Shown piece by piece: positions 1 to 8,775 of a stretch of DNA of 64,000 bases. The notes under the pieces were generated by a model. That model worked only from the letters and a program-made list of their open reading frames with translations. It did not search any database and was not told the origin of the DNA. Numbering within the stretch: the first letter of the stretch is position 1; each line of letters begins with the position of its first letter. The position numbers and the translations under genes were made by a program. The DNA comes from a virus: positions 53,773 to 117,772 of the IMG/VR virus record IMGVR_UViG_3300027754_005993; one strand, written 5' to 3'.

Positions 1-86
1 TGTATCTAAATAGTACAGATTATGTTTGTGTTCCTGTTTCATATACAGATTTCTCAGGTTACGAACTCTGCGACGGGGAATCCTAA
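1..86 (+). CDS. 3' end of an upstream ORF (partial; ...YVCVPVSYTDFSGYELCDGES*)
   Basis: Open frame from base 3 to TAA at 84-86, overlapping the next ATG (TAATG coupling). Confidence 0.5.
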   Translation, partial: YLNSTDYVCVPVSYTDFSGYELCDGES

Positions 87-1594
87 TGTCTTCAGTACAG
101 TTTAGATCAAGAATAAAACCAGCATTTGACTACTCAGATAAACTGAATAGTTATGGTGTTTGTTGTGGGACTACAGGTGCAGACAATAAAACAATAAAAT
201 CGTTTACTGAATGTTTTAATGAAGGTGGATATTTTATTCCTACACTAGATGGAAACGCTGACAGTGTTTCATGTCCAGATAGAGATACTCGTCTTGGATG
301 TTGTTGTGCGTGTTCGTATGTAACTCCAGGAGAATTAAATCAAGTACCTACTTTGGATAGCGAGGGAAACACATCAACTCCATATCTTGCATCGGGAACA
401 ACAAGTAATGTTTCTAAATGCGAATGTGACCGAGTGAATGGAAAATGGACAGAAGGAACTTGTCCAATATTGACAGCAGATACTTGGCAAACTCAATGTT
501 TAAACTCAAGCAGATTAGATGCTAGAGCACCAAGATCTTGTTGTCATTTAGAATTTGATGAAGATACAGGTTGGCCAACTTCTATTACATGTAAAGATGT
601 TTGTTCTAGTAGAGATTGTGCGCTTTTGGGAACTGAAACATATCCATCGGTGTTTGGAGACAATAGATGTACTACACCGCTCCGAGAAGGCGATCAAACT
701 ACAACATGTATTGATTCACCGTATTATTCATATATGCTTACAAGGTCTTCATTATATGAAGGATTTGTAATGGGGTCTTGTTATATCTTGGAAGATAACA
801 ATGGATCTTTAGAATATTCGTGTTCTATAACACCACAAGCATCGTGTGCTGGATATTGGATCGAAGATCAGGATGAAAACAATTCTTTCTGTACTTCAAG
901 TTTTCAACCAATCAATCCACAAAAAATATCAGGAAAATATCAAGTCCAAACGATGGGTCTTACAGCATTTAATAATTTAGGATTGACTTCTGGAGACACA
1001 TTTCAAGGTGGAATTTATATTGGAATATTCAAACCACCAGTATTAAATGGTAAAAGCAGTGAATTATATGGAAATTTAAGTTTTGCAAATCCAACATTGA
1101 CAAACATGTATGCCGATTCTGTCGGAGGTACTGCTTCACAGTGGGCATTGATTGTAAATGAAACTAAATATTCTGTACCATTTATAACAGCAAATGAAAT
1201 TGATGTAGACTATACCACTTCACTGTGGGATGGATATTACAATACTTATGGAGATGGAGTATTCAATGGAATTAATAATGCTCTGACCAATACAATTAGA
1301 TACGCTGATAGGGGAGGATTTATTGATTATTATCTACCATCAATATATGAATTGTATTTCTACAATGCCTATCTTTATAGAAATACTAAAAATATATCTG
1401 GAAATGTAATGTCGTCTTCCATATTCAATACTAAATACTTAAACAAGACCACACAGAAATCAAAGATATCTGGAAAAGGATTTGTGTATGGAGTGGGTAT
1501 GAGTATCAATTATAGTGTAAATTATAAAACTTTACTTATAGAAAAAACAAATACAGAGAGTGCTTTATTTTTTAGAAGAATCGTATTACAATAA
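86..1594 (+). CDS. Cys-rich putative virion protein with a possible C-terminal DUF1566/Lcl-like domain
   Basis: ORF 26..1594, likely start ATG 86 (TAATG). More than 20 Cys in the N-terminal half. C-terminal GDTFQGGIYIG...DYYLPSIYEL motif. Confidence 0.6.
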   Translation: MSSVQFRSRIKPAFDYSDKLNSYGVCCGTTGADNKTIKSFTECFNEGGYFIPTLDGNADSVSCPDRDTRLGCCCACSYVTPGELNQVPTLDSEGNTSTPYLASGTTSNVSKCECDRVNGKWTEGTCPILTADTWQTQCLNSSRLDARAPRSCCHLEFDEDTGWPTSITCKDVCSSRDCALLGTETYPSVFGDNRCTTPLREGDQTTTCIDSPYYSYMLTRSSLYEGFVMGSCYILEDNNGSLEYSCSITPQASCAGYWIEDQDENNSFCTSSFQPINPQKISGKYQVQTMGLTAFNNLGLTSGDTFQGGIYIGIFKPPVLNGKSSELYGNLSFANPTLTNMYADSVGGTASQWALIVNETKYSVPFITANEIDVDYTTSLWDGYYNTYGDGVFNGINNALTNTIRYADRGGFIDYYLPSIYELYFYNAYLYRNTKNISGNVMSSSIFNTKYLNKTTQKSKISGKGFVYGVGMSINYSVNYKTLLIEKTNTESALFFRRIVLQ

Positions 1595-1606
1595 GGATTT
1601 TTTATC

Positions 1607-2176
1607 ATGGGATGTAATTGTAAAAACAAGAATACTGGTGGGGAACAACCACCCCAAGAACCCGCTCGCGCAGCAGCACCTGCGGATATCGTTTTCCGTT
1701 CAGAACAAGCAATTCCTCAGGGGGGATTAAAACAAAAATTGACCATGATGCAAAGCTTTGCCATGGCGATTACCTCTCGTGGAATGAACAACGAAAAGGT
1801 CACAAAACCAATCAAACAACTTCGGGTTTTAAGTTGCTTTGGCAATCAGGGTCAGGGTGGGGTACTACCACAATGTGAACATCTAAAGAAAAGTACAACA
1901 GACGGTAAGTTTTTCTGTGGTGGATGCGGATGTGGTGACCGTAAAGGTACATGGTTGACTCCAGATGATCCAGAATACAGTAAACTGGATTATCCAAAGT
2001 TAAACTGCCCATTACAGATGCCTGGATTTACAAATTATGAAAAGGCAAAACCAGATGAATCTGCATCTCCAATAACAAGAAGATATTACATTGAACAGTT
2101 GCCATATAGAGATATAGAACACATAAAAGTAACTACGCACGAAGTGCCTATACAACCACCAGAAGTTTTAAAATAA
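1607..2176 (+). CDS. Cys-rich hypothetical protein (MGCNCK..., CGGCGCG), putative metal-binding
   Basis: 189-aa ORF with AAGGA RBS and clustered Cys. Confidence 0.7.
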   Translation: MGCNCKNKNTGGEQPPQEPARAAAPADIVFRSEQAIPQGGLKQKLTMMQSFAMAITSRGMNNEKVTKPIKQLRVLSCFGNQGQGGVLPQCEHLKKSTTDGKFFCGGCGCGDRKGTWLTPDDPEYSKLDYPKLNCPLQMPGFTNYEKAKPDESASPITRRYYIEQLPYRDIEHIKVTTHEVPIQPPEVLK

Positions 2177-2184
2177 ACAAAAAA

Positions 2185-2213
2185 ACTCTCCTTATAAATA
2201 AAGTAAGGAGAGT
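2185..2213 (+). promoter_or_regulatory. T4-type late promoter TATAAATA (2193-2200) inside a 10-bp hairpin that pairs with the gp13 RBS
   Basis: ACTCTCCTTA (2185-2194) and TAAGGAGAGT (2204-2213) form a perfect inverted repeat; ATG at 2220. Confidence 0.7.
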
Positions 2214-2219
2214 GTTTTA

Positions 2220-3029
2220 ATGTCTTCAGTAAACGCACCAAATTCAAGAGAAACGCTTATAGAACATGCTCTTCGTGCTCTCGGGCATCCCGTAATCCAA
2301 ATAAATGTAGATCAGCAACAATGCGAGGATCGTCTTGATGAAGCATTGCAATATTTTACCACCAGACACTATGATGGTGTTATAAAAATGTTTTTCAAGT
2401 ATCAAGTAACTCAGACGGATCTGGATCGCGGGTTTATAAATGTTTCGGATATTCAAAACCCAGCTAGCGATCCCAATGGACCCGATGGCACTAATATTGT
2501 GTCTGTTGTTAAGATATTCAGATTCGGCACTCTTTCTGGTGTTAATATGTTTGATGTCAGATATCAGTTGGCATTGACCGATTACTTTGGAATCAATCGT
2601 GGGTTGAACGGAAGTTCATCAACTCCTCTTGCTGGGTATCAAGCGACTATGTCTTACATCAGTCTTCTTGAACAATTTTTTAGTCCAGAGAAGTCATTAA
2701 GATTCAATAAAGTAACAAATAAAATCTATGTGGATGCTTTTAGTCAAGATATAGATGCTGGTGGATATTTAATAATTGAATCATATGCAGAACTAGACCC
2801 AGATGTGTATACTAAAATTTATGATGATCGCATGGTGAAGAAGTATGTCATTGCTTTGATTAAAAAGCAATGGGGTGCAAACATGTTGAAGTATGATGGT
2901 GTTCAACTTCCAGGCGGCATCACTTTCAAGGGACAACAGATATATCAGGATGCCATGGCAGAGATTGTTGCGATAGAACAAGAGTTTGAAAGATCATACG
3001 AACTACCGATAGATTTCATGATTGGATAA
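2220..3029 (+). CDS. gp13: Neck protein gp13
   Basis: LG.PVI.INV..Q.EDR.DEALQYF and KKQWG.N..KY.GVQLPGG motifs; T4-like synteny. Confidence 0.92.
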   Translation: MSSVNAPNSRETLIEHALRALGHPVIQINVDQQQCEDRLDEALQYFTTRHYDGVIKMFFKYQVTQTDLDRGFINVSDIQNPASDPNGPDGTNIVSVVKIFRFGTLSGVNMFDVRYQLALTDYFGINRGLNGSSSTPLAGYQATMSYISLLEQFFSPEKSLRFNKVTNKIYVDAFSQDIDAGGYLIIESYAELDPDVYTKIYDDRMVKKYVIALIKKQWGANMLKYDGVQLPGGITFKGQQIYQDAMAEIVAIEQEFERSYELPIDFMIG

Positions 3030-3032
3030 AAA

Positions 3033-3956
3033 ATGGCAACAAATCCATATTTCAACGAATATATCGGAGAACAAGATCTACTCATTGACTTGACGGTTGA
3101 AACCATCAAGGCTACGGGTAGAGATATGATTTATATACCTAGAGAATATGTCAATAAAGATGTTATCTTTGGAGAGGATGTGCTATCGCAATTTAAGGAC
3201 TCTTATACAATTGAAATGTACATTCAGTCTGTTACATCTTTCGGTGGACAGATGAACATCATCAATAAATTTGGTATCAACATTACTGATAAAGTAACTC
3301 TACAAGTAGCAAAAAGAAGATTTGATGAAGAAGTGGTTGCTAGAGACTCAACCATCACACATCCACGCGAAGGCGATTTAATCTATTTTCCATTCAATAA
3401 AAGTTTGTTTGAAATAAATTATGTTGAAGATAAAATGCCATTTTTCCAATTTGGAATTCTGACAACCTATACACTCACATGCGAACTCTTCACTTATTCT
3501 TATGAAACAATAAACACTGGTATTGCTACTGTAGATGAAGTAGAAGAAAAGAGAAAATACAATATGTACGAATTCCAAATTTCAGGAGCTCCAATTACGG
3601 GATCTATAGTATTTAAACGAGGAGATACTGTTTATCAAGTTTATGGAGTAACTGGTGCTGGAGTCACATACTCTAATGCTACAGCGGAAGCAACACTTGT
3701 TGAAATTACAGGAGCATATGCGTATATGAAAGGTATAAGTGGAATATTTGCAACAGGTCCAAGTGGTATACAATCTGTCAAGAATACAACTACAGGAACA
3801 GAATATTACCTACTGAATTACAATACAACAAATGTGAATCTTTCAGTTGACCCAATTGCTGGAGTTAATGAGATTGAAAATGATATCTACGCAGAAGCAG
3901 CGGACAACGAACTTAATTTTAGCAGAGATAATCCATTCTCAGAGGAATGCTCATAA
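3033..3956 (+). CDS. gp14: Neck protein gp14
   Basis: NPYF..EQ.L..DL..E.IK..G, PREGDLIYFP, C-terminal NPFSE. Confidence 0.92.
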   Translation: MATNPYFNEYIGEQDLLIDLTVETIKATGRDMIYIPREYVNKDVIFGEDVLSQFKDSYTIEMYIQSVTSFGGQMNIINKFGINITDKVTLQVAKRRFDEEVVARDSTITHPREGDLIYFPFNKSLFEINYVEDKMPFFQFGILTTYTLTCELFTYSYETINTGIATVDEVEEKRKYNMYEFQISGAPITGSIVFKRGDTVYQVYGVTGAGVTYSNATAEATLVEITGAYAYMKGISGIFATGPSGIQSVKNTTTGTEYYLLNYNTTNVNLSVDPIAGVNEIENDIYAEAADNELNFSRDNPFSEECS

Positions 3957-4705
3957 TGTTTAAGGTAGGTCAATCATATTATAATGAATCCATTAGAAAG
4001 GTAGTTTTAACCTTTGGTTCTATATTTGAATCTGTGTATATTACTCGTTATAATGTAGATGGTACAGAAAAAGAAAAAATACGAGTTCCTTTGAGTTATG
4101 GAAGCAAGGAAAAATTCTTCTGGAGACTGTCGCAAGAGAGCAGTCTGTCAAAGAATAGTAGAGTTGAAATTGTTCTTCCAAAAATGGGATTTGAAATTAC
4201 AACATTGATTTATGATCCAAGTAGAAAATTAAATAGAACTTTACAACGAACAAATATTGTTGATGGAAGTGTTTTGAAAGCATATGCTGAAGTTCCTTAT
4301 ATTATAAATTTTGCTCTCTATGTTTTTACCAGAAACATGGATGATATGTTACAAGTCATTGAACAAATAGTTCCATATTTTGCTCCAGACTACACAGTAA
4401 CTGTAAAGATGAATAATTTGAATGAAACTGTTGATATTCCATTCGTATTAAATAGTGTAAATATAGATGAAAATTATGAAGGAACTTTTGATACAAGACG
4501 ATCTCTTATAAGTTCATTTGATTTTTCAGCAAAAACTTACATCTACCCAAATATTTGTGGTGGAACTGGTGGACTGATCTTGAGAACTGATATAAACATG
4601 TATGATGGTGAAGAAGTTGCTGGAAGTGAATACTGGGGTGATGTTGGATATACTGGTGATTATATTACAGGTTCAAGTACTGCTGTGCCTGGAGAGTGGC
4701 CATGA
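3956..4705 (+). CDS. gp15: Tail sheath stabilizer/terminator gp15
   Basis: FG.IF, RVPL.YG.KEKF, LPKMGFE, EQI.PYF.P motifs; synteny. Confidence 0.9.
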   Translation: MFKVGQSYYNESIRKVVLTFGSIFESVYITRYNVDGTEKEKIRVPLSYGSKEKFFWRLSQESSLSKNSRVEIVLPKMGFEITTLIYDPSRKLNRTLQRTNIVDGSVLKAYAEVPYIINFALYVFTRNMDDMLQVIEQIVPYFAPDYTVTVKMNNLNETVDIPFVLNSVNIDENYEGTFDTRRSLISSFDFSAKTYIYPNICGGTGGLILRTDINMYDGEEVAGSEYWGDVGYTGDYITGSSTAVPGEWP

Positions 4706-5178
4706 GTGACGAAAAACTAACAGCAGAAGAAAAGTTATCTGAGGTTCTGGACATAGAAATTTTGCCCAAGGAAGAACCAAAGACTATAGTTCAATCTGAA
4801 ATCTTCATAAAAGAAGTAAAGATAAAACGAAAAGACCAAGTGCGACAGGATTATGATTCTGCTCGTAAAAATATGAAAGAACTCATAAATCGTGGATTTG
4901 AAGCTCTAGATGGAGTTATGAGGGTAGCAGAGGCGGGCGATTCTCCTAGAGCATATGAGGTCGCCTCTATTCTTATGAAAACTGTAAGTGAGATTAACAC
5001 CGATCTAATGGGTATTCACAAAACTACTGCGGAAGCATTAGGCGTAAATAAAGTCGTAAAGACCACCACAAATAATTCAATATTTGTTGGATCTACTCGC
5101 GATCTTCAAAATATTATTAATCAGTCTCGTAGTCAATTGAAGGCGATACCAACCGAAGAAGTGGAATATGACAGCTAA
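4702..5178 (+). CDS. gp16: Terminase small subunit gp16
   Basis: DY..AR.N, SPRAYEV, TNNSIFVGST.DLQ; directly upstream of gp17. Confidence 0.9.
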   Translation: MSDEKLTAEEKLSEVLDIEILPKEEPKTIVQSEIFIKEVKIKRKDQVRQDYDSARKNMKELINRGFEALDGVMRVAEAGDSPRAYEVASILMKTVSEINTDLMGIHKTTAEALGVNKVVKTTTNNSIFVGSTRDLQNIINQSRSQLKAIPTEEVEYDS

Positions 5179-6895
5179 AAAAGATGGTTATCTTGGTAAT
5201 CCAAATTTAAAACCCGTAGGTGTGCAACAACAATTCACACCAAATCAGGTAAAAGAATATATTAAGTGTGCAGCAGAACCTGCCTACTTTGTGGAAAAAT
5301 ATGTAAAGATTGTAGCAGTAGATAAGGGTCTTGTTCCTTTTGCAATGTATAACTTTCAGAAAGACCTTATTGATATACTACATCATAATAGATTCGTAAT
5401 AGGAAAGTTACCTCGTCAGGTAGGTAAGACTACCACCGTAGGTGCTTACCTTTTACATTATGTTCTATTCAATCAAAATATGAATGTTGCAATTCTTGCA
5501 AACAAACAATCTACTGCCATTGAAATTTTAGGCAGAATTAAGATGGCATATGAATATTTGCCTAAGTGGTTGCAGCAAGGCGTAATTGAATGGAATAAGG
5601 GTTCTATTGTTCTGGAAAACGGATCAAAGATTCTAGCAAGTGCCACCTCTTCGTCTGCAATCCGTGGCGGTTCATTTAATTGCATCCTGCTCGACGAATT
5701 TGCCCACATTCCTACCCAAATTGCTGAAGAGTTCTTCACCTCAGTGTATCCAACCATCACTTCTGGTCAATCTACCAAGATGTTCATCATCTCCACCCCA
5801 AACGGTCTTAATATGTTTTATTATTACTGGAAGGGTGCTATAAACAATCAAAATGGTTATGTGCCATTTGAAGTTCATTGGAGTCAGGTTCCAAAATATC
5901 CAGGTGGTCCACTCAGAGATGATAAGTGGAAAGAGGATATGATAATCAAGACTTCCGAGAAACAGTTTGAACAAGAGTTCGAATGTGACTTCTTGGGCAG
6001 TTCCAATACTTTGATATCATCTGCTAAATTACACACTTTGGTATATAACAAACCAATTTTAAGAACCAAAGATGGAATGTGTGTATATCAGGAACCACAG
6101 AGAAAAGACCCCGATGTGGAAAAATCTCAGGATCATCTTTATTTTATAACTGCCGATGTCGCAGAAGGTCAAGGCAAAGACTATACCGCTATGACCGTAA
6201 TAGATGTAACTGAATTCCCATACAGGGTAATTGCCACCTATAAAAACAATACAGTATCACCCCTTCTATTCGCATCAGTTCTTAGAACAGTTGCCAAGAA
6301 GTATAATAACGCATATGTTCTAGTTGAGATTAATAGCATAGGCACGGAAGTTGCCAATATATTACACACCGATCTAGAATATGAAAATATAGTTAAAACC
6401 ACCATGATGGGTAGAAAGGGTCAAATTATTACAGAGGGATTTGGTCCTGGAAAAAAGATACAGATGGGTGTTAAAACTTCAGTATTGACTAAAAAGGTTG
6501 GATGTCAAGTACTAAAGAACATGATTGAAGAAGATAAACTCATTGTTGAAGATGCCGACATTATCTCAGAATTTACAACATTTATCTCCAAAAAACAAAG
6601 TTTTGGAGCAGATGAAGGACATAATGACGACTTAGTGATGTGTTTAGTTTTATTTTCATGGGCGACTCGTCAACAGTATTTCAAGAATTTGACCGATATG
6701 GATGTTAGACTTGCGATGTATCAGCAAGATATTGAGAAAATTGAAGAAGATATGTTACCTTTTGGTTATTTTCTTGACGGAATCGAAGATTTTGAAGATG
6801 AGGCAGAAGACAAAAAATGGGGTATGTCTTCAGAAAATTGGCTTATAACAGATAAAAAAAATTATAACTTGCCATGGGATTCGTATAAAAAATAG
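5168..6895 (+). CDS. gp17: Terminase large subunit gp17
   Basis: YLGNPNLK, Walker A PRQVGKTT, LLDEFAH, ISTPNG, nuclease DVAEG and HNDDLVM. Confidence 0.97.
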   Translation: MTAKKDGYLGNPNLKPVGVQQQFTPNQVKEYIKCAAEPAYFVEKYVKIVAVDKGLVPFAMYNFQKDLIDILHHNRFVIGKLPRQVGKTTTVGAYLLHYVLFNQNMNVAILANKQSTAIEILGRIKMAYEYLPKWLQQGVIEWNKGSIVLENGSKILASATSSSAIRGGSFNCILLDEFAHIPTQIAEEFFTSVYPTITSGQSTKMFIISTPNGLNMFYYYWKGAINNQNGYVPFEVHWSQVPKYPGGPLRDDKWKEDMIIKTSEKQFEQEFECDFLGSSNTLISSAKLHTLVYNKPILRTKDGMCVYQEPQRKDPDVEKSQDHLYFITADVAEGQGKDYTAMTVIDVTEFPYRVIATYKNNTVSPLLFASVLRTVAKKYNNAYVLVEINSIGTEVANILHTDLEYENIVKTTMMGRKGQIITEGFGPGKKIQMGVKTSVLTKKVGCQVLKNMIEEDKLIVEDADIISEFTTFISKKQSFGADEGHNDDLVMCLVLFSWATRQQYFKNLTDMDVRLAMYQQDIEKIEEDMLPFGYFLDGIEDFEDEAEDKKWGMSSENWLITDKKNYNLPWDSYKK

Positions 6896-6935
6896 TTTAG
6901 GGCATTTAAAATATTAAAAGTAGAATTTAACTACA

Positions 6936-6943
6936 TATAAATA
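6936..6943 (+). promoter_or_regulatory. T4-type late promoter TATAAATA upstream of gp18
   Basis: Exact consensus in the intergenic region, followed by an AAGGAG RBS. Confidence 0.75.
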
Positions 6944-6969
6944 GCAACTTAAACCAAGGAGAGAAGAAC

Positions 6970-8181
6970 ATGCCAAGACCAAATATAAGTTTTAGAGTAA
7001 ATGATGAATCTATGGTGGTTCCGATCACTGAAGGATTTTCCACAACTATTGGTGCTGTATACAACCCAACACTCAGTATGAAATCGTTAGCAGGAAACAC
7101 AAATGAAAGAGATCTAGGATACTATTTAGTACCTAATATTTCTGACTGGTATGGTCGGTTAACTGACTTTATCATCAGAACAGACGGTGGACTTTCAGCA
7201 TCATCAGGAATCACATTTTATAGTCCTGGATATTGTGCTTCCACTTATCTAAATGGATTATATGCTGGCACTGGAATTTGTGGAGGATTCTCTGCGGAAT
7301 GGTGGGCAATAAACAACTTTCTTCAATACGGATCAGCCTGCTATGTTGGATTCGGAAATGGATTGGCAGGAGTAACAGCATTCTATAATATAGGATTTGA
7401 TGTTATGTTTCAAGGAGCACCAGGAGGACTTTATCCAACAGCAGTGACAACTGTAATTGATGTTAAGTCTAGCACAGATCAACCAGCAATTGGTGTTCTT
7501 GGCCTAACTTCTTCTGCTAACGCATTTACTACAGCTCCAACTAAACCAGCAACAAATAAAGATTACACCATAGTCTATGGTGAAAAATTACATTTAGACA
7601 CTACAGGGTTGTATACAATTGAAACTTCGCTTGCTCCAGATGTTGCTGGGTGTATAGTTCGCACAGATAGAGATTTTTATCCATGGTTCTCACCAGCTGG
7701 TGCTAGAAGAGGAAGAATCCTCAATGTTCTTCGTTTAAAGAGAGCACTTTCTCCAATTGAACAAGATATTCTCTACGATGCTGGAATTAATCCAGTTGTA
7801 ACTTTTGCGGGAGAAGGAACAATTCTCTTTGGAGATAAGACAGGAGAACCTGCAACATCTTCGCTGTCGAGAATAAATGTTTCAAGACTGTACATGTACA
7901 TCAAAAAGGCACTAGCACCAGTTGCTCGCTCTATACTTTTTGAGCAAAATGATGCTGTAACTCGCTCTGGGTTTAAGATTGCTGCCGAAGGATTCTTAGA
8001 TAGAATTGTTGGACAACGAGGTATTACAGAGTATAGAGTAATTTGTGATCAGTCCAACAACACACCAGCAGTAGTTCAAGCAAATTACTTTGTTGCTGAT
8101 ATTTTAGTTAAACCAATTACTTCTATTAATTATGTCAGAATAACCCTAACAAATAAAGATCTGTCAGCAGTATTACCATAA
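6970..8181 (+). CDS. gp18: Tail sheath protein gp18 (short, 403 aa)
   Basis: PWFSPAG.RRG, LY..GINPVV, GDKT, RINV.RL, LFEQND, ILVKP..SINY. Confidence 0.92.
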   Translation: MPRPNISFRVNDESMVVPITEGFSTTIGAVYNPTLSMKSLAGNTNERDLGYYLVPNISDWYGRLTDFIIRTDGGLSASSGITFYSPGYCASTYLNGLYAGTGICGGFSAEWWAINNFLQYGSACYVGFGNGLAGVTAFYNIGFDVMFQGAPGGLYPTAVTTVIDVKSSTDQPAIGVLGLTSSANAFTTAPTKPATNKDYTIVYGEKLHLDTTGLYTIETSLAPDVAGCIVRTDRDFYPWFSPAGARRGRILNVLRLKRALSPIEQDILYDAGINPVVTFAGEGTILFGDKTGEPATSSLSRINVSRLYMYIKKALAPVARSILFEQNDAVTRSGFKIAAEGFLDRIVGQRGITEYRVICDQSNNTPAVVQANYFVADILVKPITSINYVRITLTNKDLSAVLP

Positions 8182-8203
8182 ATAGAAAAAGAGGTAAATT
8201 AGA

Positions 8204-8758
8204 ATGGCAAGTTTAAACGAATTCAGAAGTAACTTTTTTGGTGTAAGACCAAATCGTTTTATGGTCCAAGCGAATTGGCCATCGGGGGTTCCATCACCTC
8301 CAAATGTTAATGACCTCTTCATTTATGTTAAAGGTGCGGATTTACCAGGTTCTACCATAGGAACCATAAATGTCGCTTGGCAAGGCAGAGTAATTAAGTT
8401 CTCAGGTGAACGAAATTATTCCGATTGGGTTATAAATGTTTACGATTCCAATGTGCCAACAAAGGATCTAAGAACGGGATTTGAGCGTTGGATGGAAGTA
8501 ATGGATGGTAGAAATACTCACCAAATTAATTATAACTTGGTAAGTGACTGGATCATTCGTTATAGCGATGTAACAATTGGTGAACAATCTACTCCGTCAA
8601 ACACTCAAAGTCCAAATAATTTTAATAAAGCAGTTAAATTGAAGAATTGTTTCCCAACAGATATTGGTCCAATTACATTGAACTATGATGTTGCCGATAC
8701 ATTCAGTGAATTTACAGTACAACTTGCGTATGATTATTGGGAACCAGTGGATTCGTGA
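8204..8758 (+). CDS. gp19: Tail tube protein gp19
   Basis: RPNRF, LPGST.G, GR.IKF.GER...W, FPT.IG.I.L.YD, EFTV...YDYW. Confidence 0.92.
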   Translation: MASLNEFRSNFFGVRPNRFMVQANWPSGVPSPPNVNDLFIYVKGADLPGSTIGTINVAWQGRVIKFSGERNYSDWVINVYDSNVPTKDLRTGFERWMEVMDGRNTHQINYNLVSDWIIRYSDVTIGEQSTPSNTQSPNNFNKAVKLKNCFPTDIGPITLNYDVADTFSEFTVQLAYDYWEPVDS

Positions 8759-8775
8759 TTTATAAGGATTAATAA

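Noticed and set aside
6-12. CTAAATA late-promoter-like motif at the window start
   Set aside because: It lies in the open frame of the upstream partial ORF, is not the exact consensus, and is expected by chance in AT-rich DNA.
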